DNA of 64,000 nt from Saprolegnia diclina VS20 (taxonomy: Eukaryota), in NCBI RefSeq assembly GCF_000281045.1, contig NW_008246096.1, forward strand, positions 464,497 to 528,496. Reading direction: 5' to 3'. The position numbers and the translations under genes are program-made. A model generated the notes under the pieces. That model was given only the letters and a program-made list of their open reading frames with translations, was not told where the DNA came from and did no database searches. Shown in pieces: positions 37,301-48,663 of this stretch. Each line of letters begins with the position of its first letter. The stretch's first letter is position 1.

Positions 37301-39499
37301 ATGGACGCCAAGAGCATGGAAGCGTCCGGGACCATGTGCTTCCATGGCATCGAGTACTCGGTCGAGATATGGGTCCAGCGCGATGAGCTCCATGTCCAGG
37401 TCGAGGAAGAGAGCCTCAAGGCGACGGCCGACGTCGACCGATGGGGCGGCGCCTTCCCCGCCATGTGTGCGATTCCCGACGACGATAACCATGAGACCTC
37501 ATCCTCGCCGCGTAGACATTGAAGAGCTCACGAAGAAGACGGGCAACTTCAAGCGCTTCTACACCTTTGTCAACATGCTCGTCTCGGCCTTGAACCACAA
37601 GAGCGACTCGGTCTTCATTGACCTCCTCACCTACTCGGACCTGGTATCGACCGACTTCGCCCTCTGTACGACATCATGGCATGTAGGAGCTCTACCGGAA
37701 GCGCAAGATGGGCAAGTCCTCGACCGAAGCTCCGCCGGCAGTGGCGCTCCATGCGACCAACAAGCGCTACCTTATCCTGACGTACGCGGTCGAATTTGAC
37801 CGCGTGCATTACCCGCTGCCGCTCCTGTACATTGAGACGCCGACGGCCGACATTTTGCAGAAAACCATCCTACGTCTCAAGCAGGTGGTTGGACCACTCG
37901 ATCTGCGATTGATTGGCGTCGTCGTAGGCGCTTACCGAGTCCAAAATGGACGGCGGCGTCCCCGACAAGCAGCTCCATGCGCTGCAAGACGAGAACTCGT
38001 CCCTTCGGCTCCAGATCAAGCAGCTGCAAGCCATGCATGACGCAGCAAAGGCTTCGTCGTCCGACGTTCGTTGTCTTGTACATGGATCCATCTCTGATGA
38101 CGTCGCAGGCGCGGGAGCACAAGGAACTCACGGCCATGTACCAGCAGCTCCGAAAAGACTCGACAAACGAGATCACTGAGCTCAAGGCGCAGATCGAGTT
38201 GCTCGAGTACGACCTTCTTTGTATCGATACACCGTACAGAAGCTTCTCGTGCGTAGAAAGCAGCAGTCGCGGGACGACGTGGAGGCACTGGAACAACGCT
38301 ATGGCCAGCGGATACGTCAGCTCGAGAAAGACGTCGAACGCGAACGGGCCGACCAGCACCGTCTTATGGTAGACTATGAGACACGCGAGTATTGGCATCT
38401 CATAGACGATTCGGCTCGTGTAGTTGCAATTGGAGCGCCAGCTCGAGGACGAGCGAGCCAAGGCCTGTGCCGCCGAGACGCTAGTGCGCGAGCTGCAGAT
38501 GAAGAACCGAGAACTCATGCGCCAGCTCGCCGTGGCACGGACCAAGTCGACGCCGCACCGAGACCGACCGCAGGCCGCGACGACGGCGCCAGCACCGCAG
38601 GTACAAACGACACTGAAACAGAAGAACAAACTTTTGTGCAGAAGCGAGCGGCGCCGGCGACCCGTCCGCGCAGCACCACAGCGTCGTCACGCCCATCGAG
38701 CGGCCACGACAGTGACGGCGAGCGCAAGCCTCGCTACACGGAGCGCCCACCAGCCACTTCAGCAAGCTTCAAGCGCTTTGATCCCACCGCGTACCATGTC
38801 GGTCCCACGATTCGCTGTCGCGCTCTTATCATTCGACCATTTATTTAGCTGGAGCGCCAGGCCAAGCTGCGAGCCCGATCGCAGTCCCCGCAGCCGCCAT
38901 CGCGGTCGTCGTCGGCGCCACGTCGACCTATCACGTACCGTCGAGTCGAGTGTCTCGTTTGACGCGTTTTTGTGTAGGAGCGGGTACTCGTCCGACTCGT
39001 CGGCAGGGTACCAGTCGGGCGGGTCCAACGCCTCTCGACGGCCACGGCCGCGGAGCCGCCAGGGCTCCACCGAGCGCCAGCGCGACGCGGTACTTCTCTC
39101 TCGTCTCGAATTTGTGTGCTGACGTTGTCTGAAGGATGCGCGGCTTGCGTCTCCACGGTGGAGTGCGTCCAAGAAGGAGCCACCCGCAGTCTCGAGCCGC
39201 CGGTCCCCGTCGCCGACCGTTCCCCGCAAGGCCTCTACGACACCACTGAAAGGGTCGAGCACTCCGCTCAAGTCAGTTTCCAAGCTGCCCGGACGGACCA
39301 AGCCCACGGTACTTTCGTTGGACCGCCATATGTACGCTCACGGTTTTAGGTGCTCTCAACCAAGCCCCAGTACCTTTATGACGACGACGAGAGCGACACG
39401 GAAGCGCCGTCGACGTTCACCGATATTGACAACCGGCTCAACGCGCTGCAGCAGTTTCTGCGCGATGCCAAGACACACAAGACACTCGACAGGAAATAA
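37301..39499 (+). CDS. CCDC61: CCDC61/VFL3 centriole/basal-body coiled-coil protein, multi-exon
   Basis: YIEELTKKTGNFKRF, VFIDLLTYSDLE, KRYLILTYAVEFDRVHYPLPL, RFDPTAY, C-terminal DIDNRLNALQQFL. Confidence 0.9.
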
Positions 39500-39514
39500 T
39501 TACAGTACGTTGGC

Positions 39515-42500
39515 TTACAAGTCGGTGTTGGCGTGCGAGCTCGAAAAGCTCCAGCGAATGCTGTCTTGGGGCTCCATGAGTGTGTGGGGCGAGAGGACGC
39601 TGCGGGCCACGCGGCGCTTCCCGTTCGGAATCGCCTTGCGGACTCCACCCATGAGGCTCTTCATGCTCGAGGCAAAGCCGAGGTTTTGCGCAAAGTGGTA
39701 CACCTCGTTGCGCGAGAGCGTGTACTGGTGCGCCAAGCCGAGGTACGACGTCGGGTCCGAGAGCATGATGGGCAGAATCGTCTTGCCCTTGTCTTCGGCA
39801 AACGCGAGCTGGTCCTGAATGAGTTCGTTCTGGTTCTTGGCTGACAAGACAATGATGAAGCACGAGCACTTGAGGATCGCCTCTTTAGCCGCATGGATCC
39901 GCGTTGTCATGTCGCCGTCCGGGCTCGGGTGGTCGACGTACACGCGGCAATACGGGTTGAGCTCCGTGTACAGCTGCCGCACAAAGTCCTCGTGCATGTC
40001 CCCCGACGCGACAAACACAAACGGAGCGTTCTCCGCTTCGCTCGACGTCTTGTTGTTGAGGAACGTGTCGACCATGGTCCAGCCCAAGTTGGCGCCACTC
40101 TTGGTGGCCAGCGCTTGGCGCTTCTTCTCGATCTCGTCGCGGACGCCGTCGAGCAGCGACCGAAACTGACGCGCAAACGCCGCCTCGTTGTACTCATACG
40201 TAATGTTGCGCGGGTTGCTTTTCTCGACGGCGGTGATCGCCGACTCGAATGGGACAATCTGCCGCGCGTACAAGTAGACCTGGAGCTCTTCGCCAATCTT
40301 GACGTTCTCGGTCGAGAGCGCTAGGACGGGCGTGCCCACTTGCTTGGCGAGCGCGAGTTCCTTCAAGCACCACTCCGACTTGGGGTAGTCTTCGGTGAGA
40401 ATGCTCACAACGCACGACGCGCTCGAGATACCGCGGGCAATCTCTTCGCGCCACACCGACCCGCCACCAATGCCACTCGGGTCCACTAGCCATCGCGACG
40501 ACGTCAGCAAAGTATGGTGCGAGCACATACGTACTGAGATCGAGCCAGGTCGTAATGTGGTTGTTTTCCAAGCTTGTGCGCAGCTTCTTGGCAAACTCCA
40601 TGTGCGAATGCGTGTAGCTAATCATGACGTCGCGACTGCCGGCCGCGCGCTTGACGGCAAACTGGAGCTCGGTCGACGTCGTGCAGTCCAGCGGCCGGCA
40701 CCCGTCGCCGTTGACTTGCATCACGTCGGCGCCCGCCCCCAGGAGCGCGAGCGCTGTCGCCTTCTTCCCGCGCTTCATGGCAATGTGCAGGGCCGCGTCG
40801 CCAGAGTCGGCGAGCGCGTCGTTGATGTTGCCGCCGCTCGTCACCATGGCCGAGAGGAGCTCCTGTGACAAGTTGTCGGCGTACGCGCCGGCGAGGATCG
40901 GCGTCATGCTCTCGTGGTCGCGGATCGACGGGTTGGCTCCGTACCGCAGCAGGCGCTGGACCGCTTCGACACGGTTGCAACGCGCGGCCCAGTGCAGTGG
41001 CGTGCGACCGCCCGCGTCTTGAAAGTTGGGGTTTGCGCCCTTTTCCAAAAGCAAATGCAGCGTGTCGGTGCTGCCGCTCACGGCCGCCCAGTGCAACGGC
41101 GTTCGGCGGTTGAAGCCCGAGTAGCCGTACTCACCGAGGCAGTCGGGAATGCAATACTTGAGAATCTTCTTGACCTTGCGGACGTTGTTGAGGCCGGCCG
41201 CGAGATGAAGCGGCGTGAGCGCCACGTCACCGCCCCAGTCTTCGAGCACAGCGCCGACCGCATAGTTGCCCCGAAGGTACGCAAGCTCGAGCGCGGTGAC
41301 CGTGTTCATACCACTATCCAAATAACATGCGGTCGATACATTGATACAAAAAGGGAAAAATGTACCCCGGGTCGGGCACATGGAGGTGGTCGGCGTTGGC
41401 CACGAGCAGCATCTCCATGATGGTCGGGTGGTCCACAAAGAAGATGGGCGGCACACGCTCGTGCTTGACGGTCGAGCGCGCCACTTGGTTGACATCGGAC
41501 CCGTGGTCAATGAGCCACTGGACCGCGTCGACGCGCGACGCCGACACGGCGCAGTGCAATGGCGACACCAGCGTCGTCTTGAAGATCTGCTTGGCCGACT
41601 CGTCGGCCGAGATGACGACGCGCTTGACAAACACTTGGGAGAGGTACCAAAAAAAGTCGCCAGTGCTCAAGCGCACGCGGGCCACCTTGTCGAGCGCGTT
41701 CACCGAGAAGCCCGCGTCGTACAGCAGCTGCAGCATGACCACGTTGCCGTTCATGGCTGCGACGTGCATGGGATTTTTCTTGGAAAAGTTGAAAAACCTA
41801 CAAAAATTCAAAATATCAACCTCTCAAAAATCCCAAATGGCTGAAAAACAAGCCTACCAGTGCAGGCGGGCCGAGCCATAGTGCTGCGCCGCAAAGTCGT
41901 GCCCGAGGTTGTCTTGCGCAAACACGAGCACTTGACGGAGGTCTTCGACGTTGCCGAGCTCGGCGGCCGTGTACAAGCGCTTCTTGACCTCGGCGACGAG
42001 CTTCTTGAGCTTGGTGTTGGCATCCAGCATCGCCGGCTCGGCCTTGGCCTTGCCCGTGAGCTCGCCTTCCTTGAACGCACCGAGCTGCATCTTGAGGTGG
42101 TCGCGGAGACGCGTGAAGTACGTGATCTGGACAATCATGACGATGTACGTGACGATGGCGCCGGCGCAAAAGACGATCGCGGGAACCTCGGCGCACATGT
42201 GGGCCATAAACTGCGATTGCACGAGCGTAATGACGCCGAGAATGAGGAGCGCGACTTGGTAGAGCATGAGGAACGAGCAGATCATCTCGCACGCCTGGAG
42301 GTACCACGTGCGCTGCACTTTCTGGCTAATGCGCTGCATCGCCATGCGGTGTTCCGTGGTCTCTTCGTCTTTGGGCGACGCGCGCTTGAAGAGGTCAAAG
42401 CACCGGAAACCCGTGCCCGTGATACCGAGGAAGAGCACAAATGGCGCCGTGCAGTAGACAGTCCAGCCAAACTTGAGCCACTTGGCGCACGAGTCGGAGA

Positions 42501-42852
42501 TGTCGACGACGGGCTCGTACGCGTGCAGAATCTCGTACCACCAGTCGGCATCGACGTGCTGGTACATGTAGTAGCCGTAATAGCCAAAGGCCGCGCCGTC
42601 CAAGAGGAAGAGCGTGAGCGTCGTCCACAGAAGCCGCTTGACAAAGAACGAGTTGCGCAAGTAGCCCTTGAGGCCAATGTGGCCGCGCCGGACCGGCATG
42701 CTCATGGTGCGGGTCCGGAAGGCGTCGCGCGAAGCTTGGAGCGCGGGCTGCGGGCGCTCGACCGGCGTGGCGCCATGGCCGACGCCGTAGTCGGCCTCGA
42801 TGTCGACGACCTCGTCCGCGAAGAGCAGCTTCTCCGTCTTGGAGCTGCTCAT
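39515..42852 (-). CDS. Multi-pass membrane + ankyrin repeat + tandem TIR domain protein (1058 aa, 4 exons)
   Basis: Exons 42852-41858, 41797-41366, 41313-40535 and 40485-39515 splice in frame at GT-AG; about 4 hydrophobic helices; ankyrin motifs NPMHVAA, SPLHCAV, TPLHLAA, TPLHWAA x2, AALHIAM; TIR1 DVMISY...WLD...SEWCLKELALA; TIR2 FVFVAS...VYVD...CFIIVLS...DQLAFA...ILPIML. Confidence 0.88.
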
Positions 42853-43980
42853 CCAGTCGTGCGTCGTCGTCGCCGTCAATCTCAAAATGCACGTCGTCGC
42901 CGTCGTAATCGCACGTATCCGGATAAAAACAAGCTCCGTTGGGCTCGGTTGGGTCGCCTCCCATCACACATACAAATACCGAGTCATAATTAAAAGCTTC
43001 GAAAAAATATTTATCACGCGGTTTGTATACCATAGAAAATGGATGTGAAGTTGTCCGGATAACGTTGTGAACTGGCCTCGGCATATGTGTTACATTCGTC
43101 CTGGTGTACTAGTATGCACTTTACTTTGAGCTCGCACCCACACCACGTCCAACGTTCAAAGGTGATCGGCGTGATCGCAAGGCCGAGTGAAGGTGACTTG
43201 ACTACCTCTACTACCTTAACGTTAGAACAGTTTAACCTTGCGCATTGGCAATCGTAGATCTTAGAGCGTTTTGCTGCCTGCGACATGGCCTCGATCAGTC
43301 GCCAAACTGCGTCAACTTGTCCAACGGCAAGTTCGCGGCGCCGTCACAGAGCCCGTCGCAGATACGATGTGATGCGTTCAACGCGGCGACACCGCCAATG
43401 GATTCCTTCGTCTACGCATTTCGAAGACCACGCGAACGCTCTGAGCTAGAATGCGTGTCGTCTTCACTGCAGTCTACAGTGTAGTCTGCAGGTATGCGTG
43501 CATCAGATCGATTCGCCACGTCGTCAGGCCTCGCGTCCGACCGCGCTTTGATGGTGCGCAAAGAGAGATACCAAAAGTGCTACAGGTATTCGAATACGGA
43601 GCCGCACCAATGAGGTTCAGGGTGAACCCGCGAAATCGCGACGTGATCTCGTCATTCCAAGACGTTAGCAAGTGGGATGTGCAGTAGGACAAGGCAGGAC
43701 GCTCGGTCATATCATTCGGCGCAAGCGGTCTATGATTTCCACATTAAGCTGCAGCCCGCCAGTCTCTGTCCACTCGCACCGCAACGGTGTCGACCGACAG
43801 AAAACAATTAACTACTCGGCTGTCCTCGTTGGTCTCTCTGCACTTGCGTAGGAACACCAAGCTGTCGCCGTCACGACCGCGTCTGAATCTCGAACTCTAC
43901 AAGACGACTTGAACCAGCGCATAAAGAAAAATGGATACTGCTACTTGTTGGTTAGGCTATATCAGTGGTAAAGACTTTGG

Positions 43981-45975
43981 TCAGCCGCCGCAGCCACCGC
44001 AGCCGCCACATCCACCGCAGCCACCACAACCACCGCCGCCACCGCCATCACCACCGCAGCCACCGCCATCACCACCGCCACCGCCATCACCGCCACAGCC
44101 CGTCGAGCAGCCGCCCGTTGCACAGCCACCGGCGCCGCAGCCGCCATTGCCGGCGATCGTGCCGCAACCGCCTTCAGCACCGTACGCCGTGCCCGAGACG
44201 CCGCAGCCGCCGCTTGACCCGTAATAGCCGAAGCCACCGCAGCCACCGAGGTGGGTGTAGGGCATGTAGTAGTACGGGAGACCGGCATCGTACATCAAGA
44301 CAGTGTGACGTGAGTACGGCTGGCGCACGCGGCCGTCCATGACTGGCGTGCCAATCACCGTCACGTAGACAGGCAGCGGGTGTTCGTCGGGCTTGGAGGC
44401 TTCGTGGACAGCGACCGCATACGGCATGGCTTCGGTCGGGTAGGGCTCGTTGACGCCGTAAAAGCGGTGAGCTTTCGAGGGCACGGCGCCGTGCTTGGCC
44501 CACGTCTTGCGCCATGCGCGGCGTGCAAGGAGACCCGTGGGCTTGTCCTTGATCCACGCTTCGTAGCTCGGTGGGAAGCTCGAGTACGCTTCGTTGAACG
44601 TCTTCGACCAGAGTACAAACGTGTCGGCGTAGCCTTTGGCGAGGTCGCCACCGCTGATAGTATCGTCGTGGTCAAGCAGTCGCTGGTGCGAATGCAGCGA
44701 CGCACAGTACGCAGCGTAGATGTTGGGCGTCGTCTGGTGCGTGTGCCAGACCAAATCAATGTCCGACGTCGGCACAAGGATCGTCGCGGGCTCCTTGACG
44801 GACCAAAGGTGCATGAACTGCTCGTAGCGGGCAATCGACGCCGTGAGCACGTCCGGGTGTGTCCAGTACTCAAAGTGTGGGCACATCTTGTTGACAAAGT
44901 CGAGCTGTCGAAACATGCCTTGGACCAAGTCGAGGTGGAAGCGTCCAAGAACGTTCTGGCGGTACACCCGGACGGCGGCGTCAATCATCGACCGCATGGA
45001 CCGGACACCACTCGCGCTTGCGGTGATGGCGTTGGCCGCAACGCTGCGCTTGAGCTCCTCGAGAAACGTGACCCACCGGCCGTTGCTCGGGATACCGGGG
45101 ACGACTACTTTGTACTCGAAGGGCTCGTTGCGCAGCGCGCCGCTTATCGCGAACGACGGGTGTTTGGCGCAAAACGCCGCAATGTTGTACGTCTCGTACC
45201 GGATGCCATGGCCGCACGACGGGCACAGGATCGCCTTGTTGAGGATGTGCATTTGGTATGCGAGCGCCAAGGGCAACGCCGCTGCGCACCCTTGGCGGGG
45301 ACAGTACGTCACGATGCTGCGGAGCGACGGCTCCGGCTTGGTGCCCAATTTGTACTTGACAGGGTGCAATAGGTGCACGGTGTGGGCAAAGTTGCCCTGC
45401 TTACGATGGTTGTACTCGTACTCGAGCGCCAAAAAGTGTGCGTAGAGGTCCTCGACATTCGGCATGGTCGCGACCAGGTCGTACAGCGCCTTCATGTTGA
45501 GTACGTGCTGGTGCACCTTCTGCACCGAGACGTTGCAGGGGCGGATGCCCAGTGCGTCGTGGCGCGACGGTGCAGCGTTGATGGCGACCGCCACCGAGAG
45601 AAAGGTGTCCCACATGTTCTTGGGCTCGACAATCCACGTCTCGGACGCGATCGCCTTGTCCAAATGCGAGAGAACCTCGTCCCGCGCCGATGACGTCGGT
45701 GCGTTCAATGTCAACTTGACCTTGCCGTGTTCGAGGAGCTGGAACGGAAAGCAGTGGGTGTCGTCGATCGGGTCGAGCAGCCGCGTCGTGCAGTAGGCCG
45801 TGTTGCAGGCAAACTTGAGCTTCTCGCCGTCCAAGACCTCGAGCGTTTGGCCCGTGAGCACGACTTGGCGCTCGACCCACTTGGGCACAAGGAGCACGCG
45901 CTCCTTCACGTCGAGGTCCGCGACATACGACGCCACGCAGATCGACTCGGCATGCAGCAGCGTCTGAACGCCCAT
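43981..45975 (-). CDS. PH-like + DUF1399 (GRDP-like) protein with Gly/Cys-rich tail
   Basis: Intronless; LVPTSDIDLVWHTHQ and LDHDD are DUF1399-type motifs; N-terminal KWVERQVVL...LTLNAPTSSARDEVLSHLDKAI is PH-like; tail of GGCG repeats. Confidence 0.8.
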   Translation of the reverse strand: MGVQTLLHAESICVASYVADLDVKERVLLVPKWVERQVVLTGQTLEVLDGEKLKFACNTAYCTTRLLDPIDDTHCFPFQLLEHGKVKLTLNAPTSSARDEVLSHLDKAIASETWIVEPKNMWDTFLSVAVAINAAPSRHDALGIRPCNVSVQKVHQHVLNMKALYDLVATMPNVEDLYAHFLALEYEYNHRKQGNFAHTVHLLHPVKYKLGTKPEPSLRSIVTYCPRQGCAAALPLALAYQMHILNKAILCPSCGHGIRYETYNIAAFCAKHPSFAISGALRNEPFEYKVVVPGIPSNGRWVTFLEELKRSVAANAITASASGVRSMRSMIDAAVRVYRQNVLGRFHLDLVQGMFRQLDFVNKMCPHFEYWTHPDVLTASIARYEQFMHLWSVKEPATILVPTSDIDLVWHTHQTTPNIYAAYCASLHSHQRLLDHDDTISGGDLAKGYADTFVLWSKTFNEAYSSFPPSYEAWIKDKPTGLLARRAWRKTWAKHGAVPSKAHRFYGVNEPYPTEAMPYAVAVHEASKPDEHPLPVYVTVIGTPVMDGRVRQPYSRHTVLMYDAGLPYYYMPYTHLGGCGGFGYYGSSGGCGVSGTAYGAEGGCGTIAGNGGCGAGGCATGGCSTGCGGDGGGGGDGGGCGGDGGGGGGCGGCGGCGGCGGCGG
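43984..44250 (-). repeat. Coding low-complexity GGCG / GGDGG repeats
   Basis: (cc)gccgcag/ccaccgcag repeats translating on the minus strand to GGCGGCGGCGG. Confidence 0.9.
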
Positions 45976-46582
45976 GCTGCCAATTGAAAACTGCACGTGT
46001 ACGTGGCAGCGTTCGACACCAGATCGTAATTTCATGGACCAATCAGCGTCGCCGAATCTGCGATTGACACCCAAAAGATTCGAGGGCGATCGATTGACGT
46101 GCTCCTCGACGACCACGAAGCAGAATTTTTGTCGGTTGCACCCAAGTCTGTCTTCGTTCGACCAGATAGATGCCCACGCAGTTGGCTTCTTGGCTGGAAG
46201 ACACCATTGGATTATGTCAAAAATGGGTACACTATGGAAAATTTCGACATAACGGGCGGAAATAGCATGGAATTGGCAAAAAATGTGTCATGATCAAGCG
46301 ATCTGGGGAGACTAGCAAGGCTATAAATTTTTACGTAAAACCTTGACGAGTGCAGTGCTGCTGTTTGTAGGTACGCACGGGAAATGCATCGACCATCTCG
46401 TTGCACCCATGCACTTTGATGCAGTTCCGTGCAGGATTGTGGACAGCTTGCAGCAGCACATACGAGGTGCATCTCTCCAAATAAGAAATGATCTCTCGCC
46501 ACTTGCGTATTATATATAAGAGGATATCGAAATATACAGTCTTAGAGACCTGGTTCGCTGCGTTTCGAAATCTTTTCCTTTG

Positions 46583-48502
46583 ATGGCACGACGAGGAGCG
46601 GCCGCGGTCGCCATCGCCGGCCTCTGGCTGCATGGAGCCGAAGCAATCCTGCCATCCGGCGTGCTCTCGATCTCGCGCTTTGGCGTGAATGCGACGCTGA
46701 ACATGCTCGTGTCGCCCAGCCACGACACGGGCTGGGGCCCACCGCTGCCGCAGGAACACGACCGCAACGGCTCACAGCGACACGTCTTGGCCGACGCCGG
46801 TGACGCGTGCAGCGCCCTCTCGCGCGCACTTTACGTCGACAAGATCGTGGTGGCACACCGGGGCAACTGCTCATTCCTGGAAAAGGCCAAGATTGCGCAG
46901 AGCGCCGGGGCAGCGGGGCTCATCGTCCGCAACACGCGCGAGGCGGTGTACCTTCTCGACCGCAATCGCACGACGCCAGCTGGCAACTTCTCAAGTGACG
47001 CGCCGATGCCGGCGTTTGCGACCGACTGCTCGCGCGGCGAAGGCTACGTCCCGTATCTCGACCCGATCGCACCGTGGCTCGTGCAAAGCGATGTCTGCTC
47101 CAAGCAGCCCGGCTGCACATCGCGCATCTGTCTTCCGACCGGGCACCGAAACGAATCGTCATATCAAGTGTGCTGCATGTGGGACACGCACTTGCTCATG
47201 GGCGCCAACTACACGGAGGCCGACGCCGCGCACTTGCAGCTGCCCATCGTCTTTGCCACCGTCACAGAAGGCGAGACGCTCACTGCGCTCCTCGCGACAT
47301 CCCCGTCTCCGGCCGGAACCCTCTACGCACGGTACATTCCCTTATTTAATCTTGCTTCGATCGCGCTCTGGGCGATCGGCGTCGCCACCGCGATTGGCGG
47401 GTCCTACTACGCAGCACGTGCCGACCGCGCGCGCCTCCGCCAGCACAAGCCCCACGCCGACCCGACGCGCAAGGCGTACGACGACGAGGATGATGACGAA
47501 GCTGACGTCCTCCATCTCTCGTTCCAGCACGCGATTGGTTTCATCGTCGTCGCTGGTTGCTTTCTCACGTTTCTCTACTTTGTGCACGTCGGGCCTCTGC
47601 TGTCGCTCTTCTTCGGCCTCTCGTCCATTAGCACAACAACGCTGCTGCTGACGCTGCCGATGACCAAGCGACTCTGCCCGTGCATGTCGTCCTGGCATCT
47701 TCGCCTGCCACTGGTCGGCACCATCACGATCCACGAGGTCCTCGCTCTCAGCGTCAGCACGAGCCTCGTCGTCGCGTGGTTTCTGCATCGCGACGCCCTC
47801 TGGAGTCTCCAAGATCTCTTTGGCATTGCGCTCTGCTTTGTGTTCCTCAAGACGATCCGGTTGCCCAACCTCAAGATTGGCGCGCTCCTCCTTCTCCTTG
47901 CTTTTGCCTACGACATTTTTTTCGTGTTTGTAAGTCCGCTCCTCTTTGGCCGCAGTGTCATGGTCGACGTGGCCACCGGTGGCCCGCCCGCCGCGGCTCG
48001 CGACGGGTACCCCGGGCGCGACTACTGCGAGCGGTACCCAACCTACCCGCGCTGCGTCGACCCGGACCCACTCCCGATGCTGCTCGTCTTCCCGCGCGTC
48101 GGCGACTGGCGTGACGGCCGCGCGATGCTCGGTCTTGGAGACATTGTACTTCCGGGCCTGCTCCTGACGTTCGCACTGCGCTTTGACTATACGCGCCGCG
48201 TGCACTTGAAGCGCAAGACCAATAGCGCCAATGTCTTCTTTGGCATCGCGGCCACCGGGTACGCATTGGGGCTCGGCATCACGAACGTTGCGGTTGTGCT
48301 CATGAACATGGGCCAACCCGCGCTGTTGTACCTCGTGCCATGCACGCTCGGCAGCGTCGCCGTCGCTGCGCATGCCACTGGCGACCTCCCGCACATGTGG
48401 CACGACGGCTTGTACGAGGTCGAGCCCATGGCGCCGATCGTGGGCGGGTCGCCGGTCGACTACGAGGCGGGCGACGAGGCGCCGCTCCTTGACGATGCGT
48501 AG
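46583..48502 (+). CDS. Signal peptide peptidase-like (SPPL2-type) intramembrane aspartyl protease with PA domain
   Basis: Signal peptide; PA motif VVAHRGNCSFLEKAKIAQSAGA; catalytic AYDIFFVF and LGLGDIVLPG; QPALLYLVP. Confidence 0.93.
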   Translation: MARRGAAAVAIAGLWLHGAEAILPSGVLSISRFGVNATLNMLVSPSHDTGWGPPLPQEHDRNGSQRHVLADAGDACSALSRALYVDKIVVAHRGNCSFLEKAKIAQSAGAAGLIVRNTREAVYLLDRNRTTPAGNFSSDAPMPAFATDCSRGEGYVPYLDPIAPWLVQSDVCSKQPGCTSRICLPTGHRNESSYQVCCMWDTHLLMGANYTEADAAHLQLPIVFATVTEGETLTALLATSPSPAGTLYARYIPLFNLASIALWAIGVATAIGGSYYAARADRARLRQHKPHADPTRKAYDDEDDDEADVLHLSFQHAIGFIVVAGCFLTFLYFVHVGPLLSLFFGLSSISTTTLLLTLPMTKRLCPCMSSWHLRLPLVGTITIHEVLALSVSTSLVVAWFLHRDALWSLQDLFGIALCFVFLKTIRLPNLKIGALLLLLAFAYDIFFVFVSPLLFGRSVMVDVATGGPPAAARDGYPGRDYCERYPTYPRCVDPDPLPMLLVFPRVGDWRDGRAMLGLGDIVLPGLLLTFALRFDYTRRVHLKRKTNSANVFFGIAATGYALGLGITNVAVVLMNMGQPALLYLVPCTLGSVAVAAHATGDLPHMWHDGLYEVEPMAPIVGGSPVDYEAGDEAPLLDDA

Positions 48503-48663
48503 CCTATATGCGAATGCATCTTCATGATCGATGGTCGTCTTGCCGTCTTCATGGGCTTGGAGCTTGGGAAATATCTTTTGCTTAGAAAAGCCATCATATT
48601 TTAGCCAATCACAACGCGCAGAAGCCGAGACGGGTGGATCAGGTGTTTACCTCATCCAACGCC

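Noticed and set aside
43931..44342. Pro/Gln-rich and His/Arg-rich plus-strand ORFs
   Set aside because: They are the reverse complement of the Gly/Cys tail of the DUF1399 gene.
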